From Vulcanimicrobiota bacterium (GTDB lineage: Bacteria; Vulcanimicrobiota; Vulcanimicrobiia; Vulcanimicrobiales; Vulcanimicrobiaceae), in the NCBI GenBank assembly GCA_963714015.1, contig OY970223.1, positions 256,001 through 320,000 of the forward strand: a DNA stretch of 64,000 nucleotides. Direction: 5' to 3'. This document shows positions 44,007 to 53,343 of this stretch, piece by piece. Under the pieces are notes generated by a model. The model did not search any database and was not told the DNA's origin. It saw nothing but the letters and a program-made list of their open reading frames with translations. The first letter of the stretch is position 1; every line of letters begins with the position of its first letter. Made by a program: the position numbers and the translations under genes.

Positions 44007-44967
44007 TCACGGGAGCACGACCTCAATCATCGCAGTAACTACAGCGGGATCGAAATGCGCGCCGCTGTGCCGTTTGAGTTCTTCCACCGCCACGGAAGGC
44101 GATAGAGGCTTGCGGTACGGACGGCGCGCTACCATTGCATTAAACGCGTCGGCTACGGCGACTATCCTGGCCGTCAATGGAATCCTCGAGTCTGTCCAGG
44201 CCGTCGGGATATCCCCGTCCGTCCATTCGTTCGTGATGCCATCGAACGGCCGGTAAAAAATCCTGGAGTTCCGGAAAGGACTCTATGGCGTCCACCCCAT
44301 CGAGTGTGTGACGGCGCATAATCTGCCACTCTGCGTCGCTCAAGGATCTCGGTGCGGTAAGGATTTCCAAAGGCGTGCGCACTTTACCGATATCGTGGAT
44401 CAAGCCGCTGCGCGATGCCAACAGCGTCTCCTCTCGGCTCATCGACATCTTCTTCGCGATACGGGAGCACCACATTCCGACCGCTCGCGAATGCTCTGCG
44501 GTAATCGTGTCGCGCTCCGATAGCTGAAACAGCACTTCATCGATTTTCGCATCGATGGAATCCAGAGCGAAGTGCTCTTCGTGGAAATTCAGCCGCGACG
44601 CGCTGACGGTTACATCGATACGATGTTGAAGCCGCTCGAGCGAATGAATGACCTCGCTATCCGATCCAAAATCCTGGATAAGGTGGTCCAATGCGGCGCT
44701 CACTGTACTCGTGAACACGCCGAAAAGGCCCTGTTCACGGGCATATCCGCGCAAAGATGCGGAGATCCAGGATACGATGTCCTCATCGTCGGAAGTTCTT
44801 ATCGTCTTAATCAGGTAGTCCAGTGCTCGATTACAAAGCGCGTCCGCAAGAACGGTCTGGCGTTCCGGCGACACGGATCGATTCAAAGCGACGCTGACGA
44901 TTCGCCGGCGGTCGAGCTCCAAGGATCGCCCGAGCGAGAGATCCTCCCAATGCGCATCAATGCTCAT
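44007..44967 (-). CDS. HD-GYP c-di-GMP phosphodiesterase (frameshift at 44191)
   Basis: TAEHS, IHDIGK, HHERMDGRGYPDGL; the shifted frame continues RIPLTARIVAVADAFNAMVARRPYRK...HFDP to TGA 44007. Confidence 0.9.
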
Positions 44968-47321
44968 GCCACGCTCACGATCGGTTGGAGAGGCAAAGCG
45001 GCGAAAACGGCGGCTAATCCGCCGAAGTCTTTCTCAGTGAGGACTTCTAGCGCATCCAGGAGTTCATTGTAGCCGCTTTCGTTCTCCCAACGATGCAAAA
45101 GCGCTCGCGCCGCATGAATAAGTGCCTGAGCTCTGGGCGAGCTCCCGGCGGCGGTGCCGACGACATTGCGAAGCCACAGCCGAGCTTCGGAACGCCGGCC
45201 GAGCAAGTAAAGAGCGATAAGCAGCATTACTTTCGAACGCACTGTGCGGCAGATATTAGATTGAATCGCCTTAATGCATTTTTCTGCTTCCAATACTGCC
45301 TTTGAAGCTTCGTCCGGGCGGCCTGCAGCCACCGCGTAGAATGCGATTTCGGCTAAGCGGAGGGCACGACGGTCATCGTTGGTTTGGCGCTCCACCGTAG
45401 GACTCAGAAGACGAAACGCCTCGAGAAAATCGCCCGAGGAGGCCAATCGAACAGCCTGTCCCGGAAGGAGCGCCTCGTCGATGGCTTGATCGGCATAGTC
45501 GACTTCGTACAAATCCATCATGCGTTCGACGCGGAGCAACGTCTGTAAGTCGCCCGTGTCGGCGGCGATATCGAAGGTGCCGAGCAAAGCGTAGAGCCGC
45601 AGCTTCTGCTCGCCACACTTAAGACCACAATCCCAGATCTTGTTCATCAAATCGAGAGACGATTTCATGTCGTCTTCAATTTCGTACGCCACGTTGTACA
45701 GCACGCTATAGGCTCGCGCAGCAACGTCGTAAAGACCGCACTCGGTCGCAAGATAGACGGCCCGTGCGCCATACTGCTTGGCGAGCACGGGATCACCGGT
45801 GAAGAGCGCCACCCATGCGGAATGCTGATAGATCTTCGCTTGCAAACTGGTGGTCGATGCGGCTGGTATCAAGCGCAGCGCTTGCGCGATCGTTTGATTC
45901 GCGTCGTCAAAACGGCCCGCAATTACGTAAGCGGTAGCAAGTGCTGAAAGCATTGAGGCCAGTAATTCGGTCGGGAGATCCGGCGTCTCGATATAGCGTT
46001 CCAAAATCTCGACGCTGCCGGCTCGCCCTTGACGAATTCTATCGAGGGCGTGATGGTAGGCGATCGTCGCTCGAATTTCCGGAGCAACGGCCAAGTCCAG
46101 AGCGTGAAGGTACCAAGAGTCCGACGTGTCGTGCCGGCCGGCTTGTGCTTCATCGATCGCGCGTAAGGCCATGAGCGTCGCGCTCTTGTGCAAACGCTCG
46201 TCGCCGGCCAGGCAGATTGCACGACGAATGAGGTCCAGATGGCCTTTATCGACGAGATCGAACCCGTGCTGAACGCAGATTCGGACTACGTTGGCGGCAT
46301 CTTCGCCGGCGGCAAATAGGCTCAGCGCGTCGGCGGTACGCCCGCATCGTTCCAAAAGCGAGGCGCCGTAGGTCATGGCGCTGCGGCGGCCGCCGCTGCC
46401 GGCGGGGCCGATGCGCTCGAGTAAAAAGCGGCGGAAAAGCTCGTGGAACACATACCGGCCCCCCGCGCGTGCGGAGAAAACCAACCCATTGCGTGCCAAA
46501 TCGCGCACGCGCTCGATGCACGTTGCCCAGGGGCTTTTTTCGAGCAGCTCCTCATCGATGTCCGTGAGTACGGCGGCGCCCATCAATAAACTCTGCACGT
46601 CCTCGCGGCAGCGGACGAAATACGCTTGCGCGAAAAATGCGTAGGTATGGTCCACAGGAACGCGGCCGCCGTCGAACACGTGCGCACCCAAGTGGAAGGC
46701 CGCGGGCCAGCCGCCGGTCAGGTTGTAAAGCGGCTCTAACAGATCGCGCGCGAGACCCGCATCGCCCGCAATGATCTCCGCCTCGGCGCGGGTAAAGCGC
46801 AGCTGCTCCGCATCGATGGTTGATATGTGCACGCCCGCTTTAGCCACTTCTTCCAGCGGCACGCTGTCTGCGTCACGGCTGGTGAATATCCAGCGCGTCT
46901 TCGGGGCGGAGCTCTGAATCAGGCGCGCCAGCAGCTGCCGAACCTGTTCGTCCGAACCAGCGTGATGCGCGTCTTCGATTGCAATCACTTCGGCGGTGGA
47001 TCCGCTCAAGTGATCCAGCAGCCAGACCGCGATCTCTTCGTACGGCTTGGGCGACTGCATTGCGTACTCGATCGCGCCTGGAAACGTCGTCTGCAGGCCG
47101 GGAATGACGCGCGCAGCGGCCTCGACGAATCCGCGAACGAAGGGCACGAACGTCTTGTAGCTCGCGCGCGCTTCATAATGAATCGCCGTCTTAGGCGTAG
47201 CGGCTAAGAATTGCCGAACGGCGACGCTCTTGCCGAATCCGGAACTCGCCGTGATAAGCGTCGCTCCGCTGTTCGTGTCGAACAGCGCGTCCAAGATGCG
47301 CGGCCTAGCGAGCAGCGCCAT
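44964..47321 (-). CDS. MalT-like STAND ATPase with TPR sensor, lacking a C-terminal HTH
   Basis: RPRIL, Walker A ASSGFGKS, Walker B IAIEDAH, LRFT..E, TGGWPAA, YVFHELFRRFL, helical TPR-like C-terminal half. Confidence 0.8.
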   Translation of the reverse strand: MALLARPRILDALFDTNSGATLITASSGFGKSVAVRQFLAATPKTAIHYEARASYKTFVPFVRGFVEAAARVIPGLQTTFPGAIEYAMQSPKPYEEIAVWLLDHLSGSTAEVIAIEDAHHAGSDEQVRQLLARLIQSSAPKTRWIFTSRDADSVPLEEVAKAGVHISTIDAEQLRFTRAEAEIIAGDAGLARDLLEPLYNLTGGWPAAFHLGAHVFDGGRVPVDHTYAFFAQAYFVRCREDVQSLLMGAAVLTDIDEELLEKSPWATCIERVRDLARNGLVFSARAGGRYVFHELFRRFLLERIGPAGSGGRRSAMTYGASLLERCGRTADALSLFAAGEDAANVVRICVQHGFDLVDKGHLDLIRRAICLAGDERLHKSATLMALRAIDEAQAGRHDTSDSWYLHALDLAVAPEIRATIAYHHALDRIRQGRAGSVEILERYIETPDLPTELLASMLSALATAYVIAGRFDDANQTIAQALRLIPAASTTSLQAKIYQHSAWVALFTGDPVLAKQYGARAVYLATECGLYDVAARAYSVLYNVAYEIEDDMKSSLDLMNKIWDCGLKCGEQKLRLYALLGTFDIAADTGDLQTLLRVERMMDLYEVDYADQAIDEALLPGQAVRLASSGDFLEAFRLLSPTVERQTNDDRRALRLAEIAFYAVAAGRPDEASKAVLEAEKCIKAIQSNICRTVRSKVMLLIALYLLGRRSEARLWLRNVVGTAAGSSPRAQALIHAARALLHRWENESGYNELLDALEVLTEKDFGGLAAVFAALPLQPIVSVA

Positions 47322-47323
47322 GG

Positions 47324-49080
47324 TTACGTCCTGTGAAACTGGAGCCAATTATCGAAATCGGACTCCGTGAGCGGGCTGCAGATATGATATCCCTGAAGGG
47401 CGCTGACGCCATGCGAGATCAGCCATTCTTGCTGCCAGGCTTCCTCGACGTTTTCGGCAATTACGCTCCACCCGAGGCGGTTTGCCGTTTCGATTACCGC
47501 AATCGACGAAAAGATGTTTTGGCCTTGAAGGGCATCCGGAATGATCCCGCGGCCGACTTTGACGAAATCCAGCGGAAGACGCGCAAGTACTTGCAGCGAG
47601 AGCCCCCCGCAACCAAAGCGGCTCAGACCGACGCGAAATCCGCGTGCGCGGCACGCTTCGATAAAATGCGTGTACTCTTTTTCATCGTTGGCGACGGCTT
47701 GCTCGGGAATCTCGACCATGATGTCGCCGCGGCCTTCGTGCGAAATCGCCAAGAGTTCTTCGTTGGGCTCGCTCACGTTCACGTGAATGGCGAGAGGCTG
47801 GCGCAGGCGCCGCAGCTTCGAGTGCTTCTCGATTGCCGTTGAAAAGACCCATTCCTCAATGCGGTTGAGCACGCGCTGGTCGCGTGACGCGTCCAGAAAC
47901 GCATGCGGGGAAAGCATGCCCATGCCGGGGTGCAGCCAGCGAATAAGCGCTTCAGCGCCGATTGCGCGTCCGGTCCGAGCGTCGATGATCGGCTGGTAGC
48001 AAAGGAAGAACTCACGCTCCATGTCCGTGTTCGCGAGCTGCGCTGCGAACAAGTGCTGGACGTGGCCGTTCTTCTCACCTCCGGCTCCGTAGAAGACGAA
48101 GCCTTCGCCGGCATGACGTTTGGCTTGATACATCGCCGCATCGGCGTGGCCAAGGAGTTCTTCCGCATTCACGCCGTCGCGCGGGTAAATTGCAATGCCG
48201 ACGCTCGCGCGAACGGCCGCTTTCACGCCTTCGTGCAAAATCGGTTCGCGCAAAGCTGCAAGAACGCGCCGAACGATTTGCACCAGCTGCGACTCGCCGC
48301 TGAACGAGGTCACCAGCAGCGCAAATTCATCGCCGCCGATGCGGCCGGCCATTTCGTGTTTGCGAAGCACGCTGCGCATGCGTTGCGCGGTCTGCGCGAG
48401 CGCCACGTCGCCGAACGCATGCCCGTACGTATCGTTGACTTCTTTGAAGCCGTCCAGGTCGACGTAGAAAAGCGCAATCTCGCCGTTGTTGCGCTCGGCC
48501 GAAGAAACCGCCACGGCGATTTGCTCGAGCGTGGCGGCGCGGTTATGCAATCCGGTGAGCGGGTCGGTGATGATTCGGCTGGAGATCTCCCGCTCTTTTT
48601 GAACTTTTTCCAGCAGGCGCGCAACGACGCGAGTAAGAACTTGACGTAGCGCGATTCTTCGTCCGAAACACCGATCTCACGCCGCGCCTTCCAGGCACAC
48701 AGCAGGATGTGCGTCTTGTCGTACACGGTGAGCGGCGCGACCAGCACCGAACGCAGCGGGATTGCCGTAACCAGCGGATGGACGCTCCAGATGTCGTTTT
48801 GATCCAAATCGTCGAGCACGAGCGGCTTGTCGATATCGGTCGCAAGTGCGCCCAGCGCGTATTCGGGTGCTCCGGCTGCCAAGGCAACGACGTGCTCGGC
48901 ATCCAGCAAGCCGACGCTCACGTACGAACGATCTTCGGTGTTGAAGAGCTCGACGTATTCACACTGCAATGCTGAAGCAGCTTCACCTAAAAGCGCGCGC
49001 AATTGAGCGTCGGATGATGTATCCGCGCCCAATGACAATTCCCACAGAGCTTGTAGCCGGTGGTGGTGGTCCCGCAGACT
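47324..49080 (-). CDS. GAF-GGDEF-EAL protein (degenerate EAL; 1-base deletion ~48635; start approximate)
   Basis: GAF-like HPLVTAIPLRSVLVAPL; TDPLTGLHNR, DLDGFKEVNDTYGH, GGDEF; EAL with SRFGCG in place of DDFGTG. Confidence 0.85.
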
Positions 49081-49212
49081 CCTGCAACAATTACCAGGTC
49101 CTTCTTGCGGCCAAGTCCCCCGGCCGCGCTGCTACATTTAGCTGCAACCTGCCTAGGCTCCCTTTCAGGATAGTCCGCATGGACTATCGAGTCGGAATAT
49201 GGTTCGAAGGTC

Positions 49213-49509
49213 CTACTCTATACGATAGGACCCGCTCAAGTCTACCTCCAAACGGCGCCCGCCTACAGCAATGCTGCGGACATGGTGGTCCCAAAATGTA
49301 AGTATCCGTACCAAAACAGGACGCAGCCCGGCGATGATGATGCGCGCGCGCTGCGAGACGGCGACGGCATCCTTTACCCATTTCGGATGTTCGCGCGGGA
49401 GTGGGGGCGTGTCGAGCTCATCCTCCGGAATGAGAGGCAGAATTGGGAGGGGGCCGGTAACCGCCGGCTGGGGATAAAGGAGATTACTCTCCGGATCGAT
49501 GCGCGCCAT
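49213..49509 (-). CDS. Hypothetical protein overlapping the fliA stop
   Basis: AGGAG RBS, MARIDPESNLLYPQP...; no family recognised. Confidence 0.4.
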   Translation of the reverse strand: MARIDPESNLLYPQPAVTGPLPILPLIPEDELDTPPLPREHPKWVKDAVAVSQRARIIIAGLRPVLVRILTFWDHHVRSIAVGGRRLEVDLSGSYRIE

Positions 49510-50173
49510 GAATCTCCTTACGCAGGTTCCGAAGGGCCGCCAAATGCAACTGCGAGGCTCGCTGCGGCGATATCGCCATCGCCCGGCCAATCTGATGCAG
49601 TGATTGGCCTCGGAAGTAGTGCAGCGCTACGACGTACCGCTGCCGTACGGGAAGCCGCTTGAGCGCCGCGCGTACGCCGGCGCGCTCCTCGCGCCGCCCC
49701 GCGAGGAATGCCGGATCCCCACTCCAATCCCCCGACAGACTCTCGCCGGCCGGAAGGGGACCGTCGAGCGAGAGGGGAGCGTGGCAATACGCATGCAACG
49801 TGGCGCGCCGCAGCGCCGGCCGGCGCGCTTCCAGCTCGCTTTGGCTAAGCAGCTGGCCGGTAGTGCTGGCCACCTGGTAACGCTCGCGTTCCGCCTCGCG
49901 AACCTCGCGGCGGACGCGTTCGGAGACCGGGTCAAGTTTTCGTAAACCGTTGAGCATTGCGCCGGCAACGATATGTGCAGCGTACCGTTCCAGCGTCGGA
50001 CCGCGCGACGGATCGAACGAGTCCACGGCGCGGATCAACCCGACGCTGCCCTCGCCGACCAAGTCATCCAGATCGCTCCTCGGCACAACGCGCTGAACAC
50101 GGCGCGCAATCTTCTTGACGAGCGGAAAAAGCCGGCGAATCGTCGATTCGCGTTCATCCATCGGGCTAGCCAT
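49484..50173 (-). CDS. fliA: RNA polymerase sigma factor, FliA/WhiG family
   Basis: LVKKIARRV, DDLVGEGSVGLIRAVDSFDPSRG, GAMLNGLRKLD, region 4 SLHQIGRAMAISPQRASQLH; flagellar context. Confidence 0.75.
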   Translation of the reverse strand: MASPMDERESTIRRLFPLVKKIARRVQRVVPRSDLDDLVGEGSVGLIRAVDSFDPSRGPTLERYAAHIVAGAMLNGLRKLDPVSERVRREVREAERERYQVASTTGQLLSQSELEARRPALRRATLHAYCHAPLSLDGPLPAGESLSGDWSGDPAFLAGRREERAGVRAALKRLPVRQRYVVALHYFRGQSLHQIGRAMAISPQRASQLHLAALRNLRKEIHGAHRSGE

Positions 50174-50324
50174 CGCGGCGTTCCAAGAGCGATGCCAAAG
50201 CAGCAGTAAAACCCTGCGCGGCAATAGCTCCGAATTCACCGAAAGCGGATTGCATTGGCCCAAGCATCGGCTCGAAAAGCAGGGCTTCGAATTGTGCGCG
50301 CACGCGCGCGAGCGACGAATCCAT
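50166..50324 (-). CDS. 52-aa protein resembling the FlgJ rod-binding domain
   Basis: Manual translation MDSSLARVRAQFEALLFEPMLGPMQSAFGEFGAIAAQGFTAALASLLERRDG*; its stop overlaps the fliA start. Confidence 0.5.
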   Translation of the reverse strand: MDSSLARVRAQFEALLFEPMLGPMQSAFGEFGAIAAQGFTAALASLLERRDG

Positions 50325-50399
50325 GCCCAGACCGTAGCGCGGTCTTGTTGCCGCTATTTGACGGTCATATGAAGCGAAACTGAAGCGCGCTTAACGGGT

Positions 50400-50783
50400 C
50401 TAACGATCGGGTGACGGTGCTACAATCGCCCGGAACGCTGCGCTGTCGAACAGTACAATCGCCGAAGCGATCTCGCCATTTCGTACTTTATGCCACTCAG
50501 CCATCGTTACCGTGCCGCTCTTTTGAGGCCCTTGCAGTGCAAGTTCATGCACCGAGCAGACGTCGCAGCCGTCTGCCCACTGTTTGAGCAGCAGGTGGCC
50601 GCGGCTGGTGGCTTTTAAGCCTTGCGCACTTTGCAAAAACGCATCGCGCCCTTTAACGGAAACAAATGGACCGTTGAATTCAAAGTTTTCGGCGAGCATG
50701 ACGCCGGCTGCCTCGAAGTCGCCGCCGTAAAATACCGTCAAGTAGCGAGAAACGAGTTCGCTTGCATTTACTGCTTGCATCAT
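50400..50783 (-). CDS. SnoaL/NTF2-like protein
   Basis: VSRYLTVFYGGDFEAA..LAENFEFNGP...GRDAF...EWHKVRNGEIASAIVLFD. Confidence 0.8.
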   Translation of the reverse strand: MMQAVNASELVSRYLTVFYGGDFEAAGVMLAENFEFNGPFVSVKGRDAFLQSAQGLKATSRGHLLLKQWADGCDVCSVHELALQGPQKSGTVTMAEWHKVRNGEIASAIVLFDSAAFRAIVAPSPDR

Positions 50784-50819
50784 GCAAGCATAATACCAAG
50801 ACCTGTTGCATCATGCAAG
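50772..50819. promoter_or_regulatory. Two copies of the inverted repeat TTGCATCATGCAA(G), probable HxlR operators
   Basis: Copies at 50775-50788 and 50806-50819, between the divergent snoaL-like and hxlR genes. Confidence 0.7.
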
Positions 50820-50840
50820 TACCTCGGATATACTATCTCT

Positions 50841-51288
50841 ATGCTGGGTAGCACTTATGAGGGCCAAAACTGTTCCGCCGCTCGTACGCTGGAGGTTATC
50901 GGCGAACGCTGGAGCCTGCTCATCATCCGTGACGCGCTATTTCGGGGCATGACGCGCTTTGCGGATTTTCAACGCAGCCTGGGGATCGCGACAAACGTAC
51001 TCGCAAAGCGCCTCGATAAGCTTCGTGTCTGCGGGTCTGATGGAGAAATATACTGGCGAGGACGGTTACTCACAGTATCGTCTTACCAAGAAGGGGCGCG
51101 ACCTTCTGCCGGTGATTGTTGCACTGACGAAGTGGGGCGATTGCTGGAGCGCGCCGGATGGGCCGCCCGTCACGTTCGTGCACGAGTGCGGTGGGGCGAT
51201 CGAGCAAAAATTGATCTGCAAGCAGTGTGGTCCAGTGAGCAAGAACGAGGTTCTCGCCAAACCGCGCCGCTTAAAGCGCGCCGGATAA
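50841..51288 (+). CDS. HxlR family winged-helix regulator (frameshift ~51018)
   Basis: NCSAARTLEVIGERWSLLIIRDA, TRFADFQRSLGIATNVLAKRL; second frame YRLTKKGRDLLPVIVALTKWGD. Confidence 0.88.
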
Positions 51289-51370
51289 CGAATCTACAGC
51301 CGTGCCGCAATGCGATGGCCACTATGGTGCAGTTTCGAGGATTCAGAAAGCTGCTTAGCCCTTAAGCTAT

Positions 51371-51426
51371 CCTCGCTGCAGGTTATCCGCAATACGCATC
51401 ATTTCGTCCGCCGCTTGGACGCCTTT
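51371..51426. repeat. 56-bp direct repeat, copy 1 (displaced flgG 3' end, att-like)
   Basis: Identical to 52622-52677. Confidence 0.95.
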
Positions 51427-51721
51427 AGGAGTGCATACAAAAAGTAGACGAGCGCCGCAGTTCAAGCGCGGTGGCTCCCCTTGTAGACTGCGATCTGTCA
51501 TAACGCCGGCGAGGTCGGCACCCAAAGGGCGTAGGGAAGGATCTCCCAATAGCGCCAACCCGACGCACAGGGCGAAGCGAATCAAGCCAGGTCGCCGCTT
51601 TAATAGGGGGGAGCCTACTCGCCTATGGCCTCGACCGCTCTGGCCTTTCGCTTGACTTTATGTTTTACTTAATGTAAGTTGTGCTTTGTATAAATCACTT
51701 TAGCTATTAGCCGGAGTTTTT

Positions 51722-52231
51722 ATGTCGAAGCCTGCTTCGTCCCTGTCGGCCTCGTCCAAGCCGCCCATGCCCGTATCCGCCCTTCTTACCCGCGTCGCCG
51801 TCATAGTGATGGGTCTCGGCTTACTTTCCGGCCAGGCCGGGGCGCGCCAACTGCTGCACCTCGACGGAGTAGCCGGCCCGCTGACGGCCTCCTACGTCTA
51901 TTGGTTCAGCCTGTTGGCACCGGCGTTCTTCCTCATGGCCTTGTGGATGGCGTCGAATGCATTTGCGTGCATCGGCCGGGGCGACGCCTTCGGTCCGTCG
52001 ATGGTCAAAGGGCTGACGGGAATCGGTTTCAATCTATTGCTCGGAGCATTTGCCGCCACTGTCGTGCAGCCCAGCCTGATCTTTCTCATCGGCAATGGAT
52101 TCACGACAATGCGCTTCGCCATATTTGATCTGGACGTCGAGAATCTCACCCTCGCCCTGATCGGGATTGTCCTCATCCTCCTGGCACGCCAAGGGCAGAC
52201 GTTGAAATCGAAGCTGGACGAGTTCGTCTAA
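51722..52231 (+). CDS. DUF2975-like membrane protein
   Basis: Four TM segments, GDAF, C-terminal QTLKSKLDEFV; paired with an HTH gene. Confidence 0.7.
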   Translation: MSKPASSLSASSKPPMPVSALLTRVAVIVMGLGLLSGQAGARQLLHLDGVAGPLTASYVYWFSLLAPAFFLMALWMASNAFACIGRGDAFGPSMVKGLTGIGFNLLLGAFAATVVQPSLIFLIGNGFTTMRFAIFDLDVENLTLALIGIVLILLARQGQTLKSKLDEFV

Positions 52232-52464
52232 TGCCGGTGCGCGTTACCTTGGACGTCATGCTGGCCCGGCGTAAGATGCGCGCCCGCGACGTAGCGGAGA
52301 AGATCGGCCTGTCGGAGACTCAGGTAAGTTTGTTGCGCACGGGCAAGGTCAGAGGCATGCGCTTTGACACCCTGTCCAAGCTCTGCCTCGTGCTCGATTG
52401 CGTACCGGGAGACATCCTCGACTACGATCAGGACGACGCGGACCTCGATTCAAGAAGCGAATAG
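52231..52464 (+). CDS. Cro/C1-type (YozG-like) HTH regulator
   Basis: VTLDVMLARRKM, SLLRTGKVRGMRFDTLSKLC.VLDC.PGDIL. Confidence 0.88.
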   Translation: MPVRVTLDVMLARRKMRARDVAEKIGLSETQVSLLRTGKVRGMRFDTLSKLCLVLDCVPGDILDYDQDDADLDSRSE

Positions 52465-52617
52465 GTCAAAAAGAAAAACCGCTCGCGCTTTACTGGCGAT
52501 AGTGGATCGCCTGGATCTCGGCCATCGTGGTATTGGTCGCCCGCGCGAGCCTCGGCGCTCTGGGCGCGAAGTAATGCATCACGGATCTTCGAGTTCGGCG
52601 TTGATCTGCCATCGCCG

Positions 52618-53343
52618 TTACCCTCGCTGCAGGTTATCCGCAATACGCATCATTTCGTCCGCCGCTTGGACGCCTTTCGCATTCGCTTCGTACGCGCGCT
52701 GGGCGGCGAGAATCTGCATCATCGCCTCGACGATCGAAACATTCGACTGCTCGAGCATGCCGAAGCGGATGTGTGGTCCGCTCGATGCATCCGCATGAAT
52801 GGGCAAAGCCTTTCCCGATTCATGCGTCGCGAAGAACAGCGTTCCTCCCGAGGGCTGCAGATACTCCGGCGCGGTAAAGCGCTCGAGTTGAATATGACCG
52901 CAGTTGATTTTTCCTTTAGCGTTTGTCGCTAACACGGTTCCTTCCGGCGATACGGTTGCGGAGAGCGCGTCGGCGGGAATGCGAACGTTTTGCAGACACC
53001 AGCCGTCCGCATTTCGCAATCTACCGTCGGCAGATCGCGAGAACTGGCCGTCCCGGGTATACGCCGTTTGCCCGTCTTTCGTAACGGCGAAGAACCCTTC
53101 GCCTTCAATCGCCAGATCGAATGGTCCACCGCCGTGAGTGAGCCGTCCCTGCGCAAATTCGGTGCGTATTCCCGAGCTCGAAGTCCCGAGCATTTCGCCG
53201 TCCGGTGAAGCGACGCCGGCAAATTGCATCGTTGCGCCTTTGAAGCCGGCGACGTCGGCGTTGGCCAGATTGCCGGCGATGGTCTCCAGATTTTGCTGCT
53301 GCGCAGCCATTCCGCTGGCTGCGGCGTAAAGTGCGCGGTTCAT
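52618..53343 (-). CDS. flgG: Flagellar basal-body rod protein FlgG-like
   Basis: ALYAAASGM, NLANADVAGFK, DLAIEGEGFF, YTRDGQF, LEQSNVSIVEAM...AQRAYEAN.K...ADEM. Confidence 0.85.
   Translation of the reverse strand: MNRALYAAASGMAAQQQNLETIAGNLANADVAGFKGATMQFAGVASPDGEMLGTSSSGIRTEFAQGRLTHGGGPFDLAIEGEGFFAVTKDGQTAYTRDGQFSRSADGRLRNADGWCLQNVRIPADALSATVSPEGTVLATNAKGKINCGHIQLERFTAPEYLQPSGGTLFFATHESGKALPIHADASSGPHIRFGMLEQSNVSIVEAMMQILAAQRAYEANAKGVQAADEMMRIADNLQRG
52622..52677. repeat. 56-bp direct repeat, copy 2 (within the flgG 3' end)
   Basis: Identical to 51371-51426. Confidence 0.95.

Noticed and set aside
43677..44105. 142-aa ORF overlapping HD-GYP in antisense
   Set aside because: The overlap disappears when one C in AGCCT (~43980) is removed; the true start is more likely ATG 43743.
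49100..49200. c-di-GMP-I or c-di-AMP riboswitch
   Set aside because: Has GAAA and CTAA..ATG fragments but lacks the GGCAAA/ACGCAAA core by eye; needs an Infernal scan.
51367..51585. 72-aa ORF ending in the FlgG C-terminus as a real gene
   Set aside because: Only the last ~19 codons derive from the duplicated flgG end; the rest has no coding signal.
51371..52677. DGR template/variable repeat pair or CRISPR repeats
   Set aside because: Only two identical copies, no adenine-specific mismatches, and no reverse transcriptase or cas genes.
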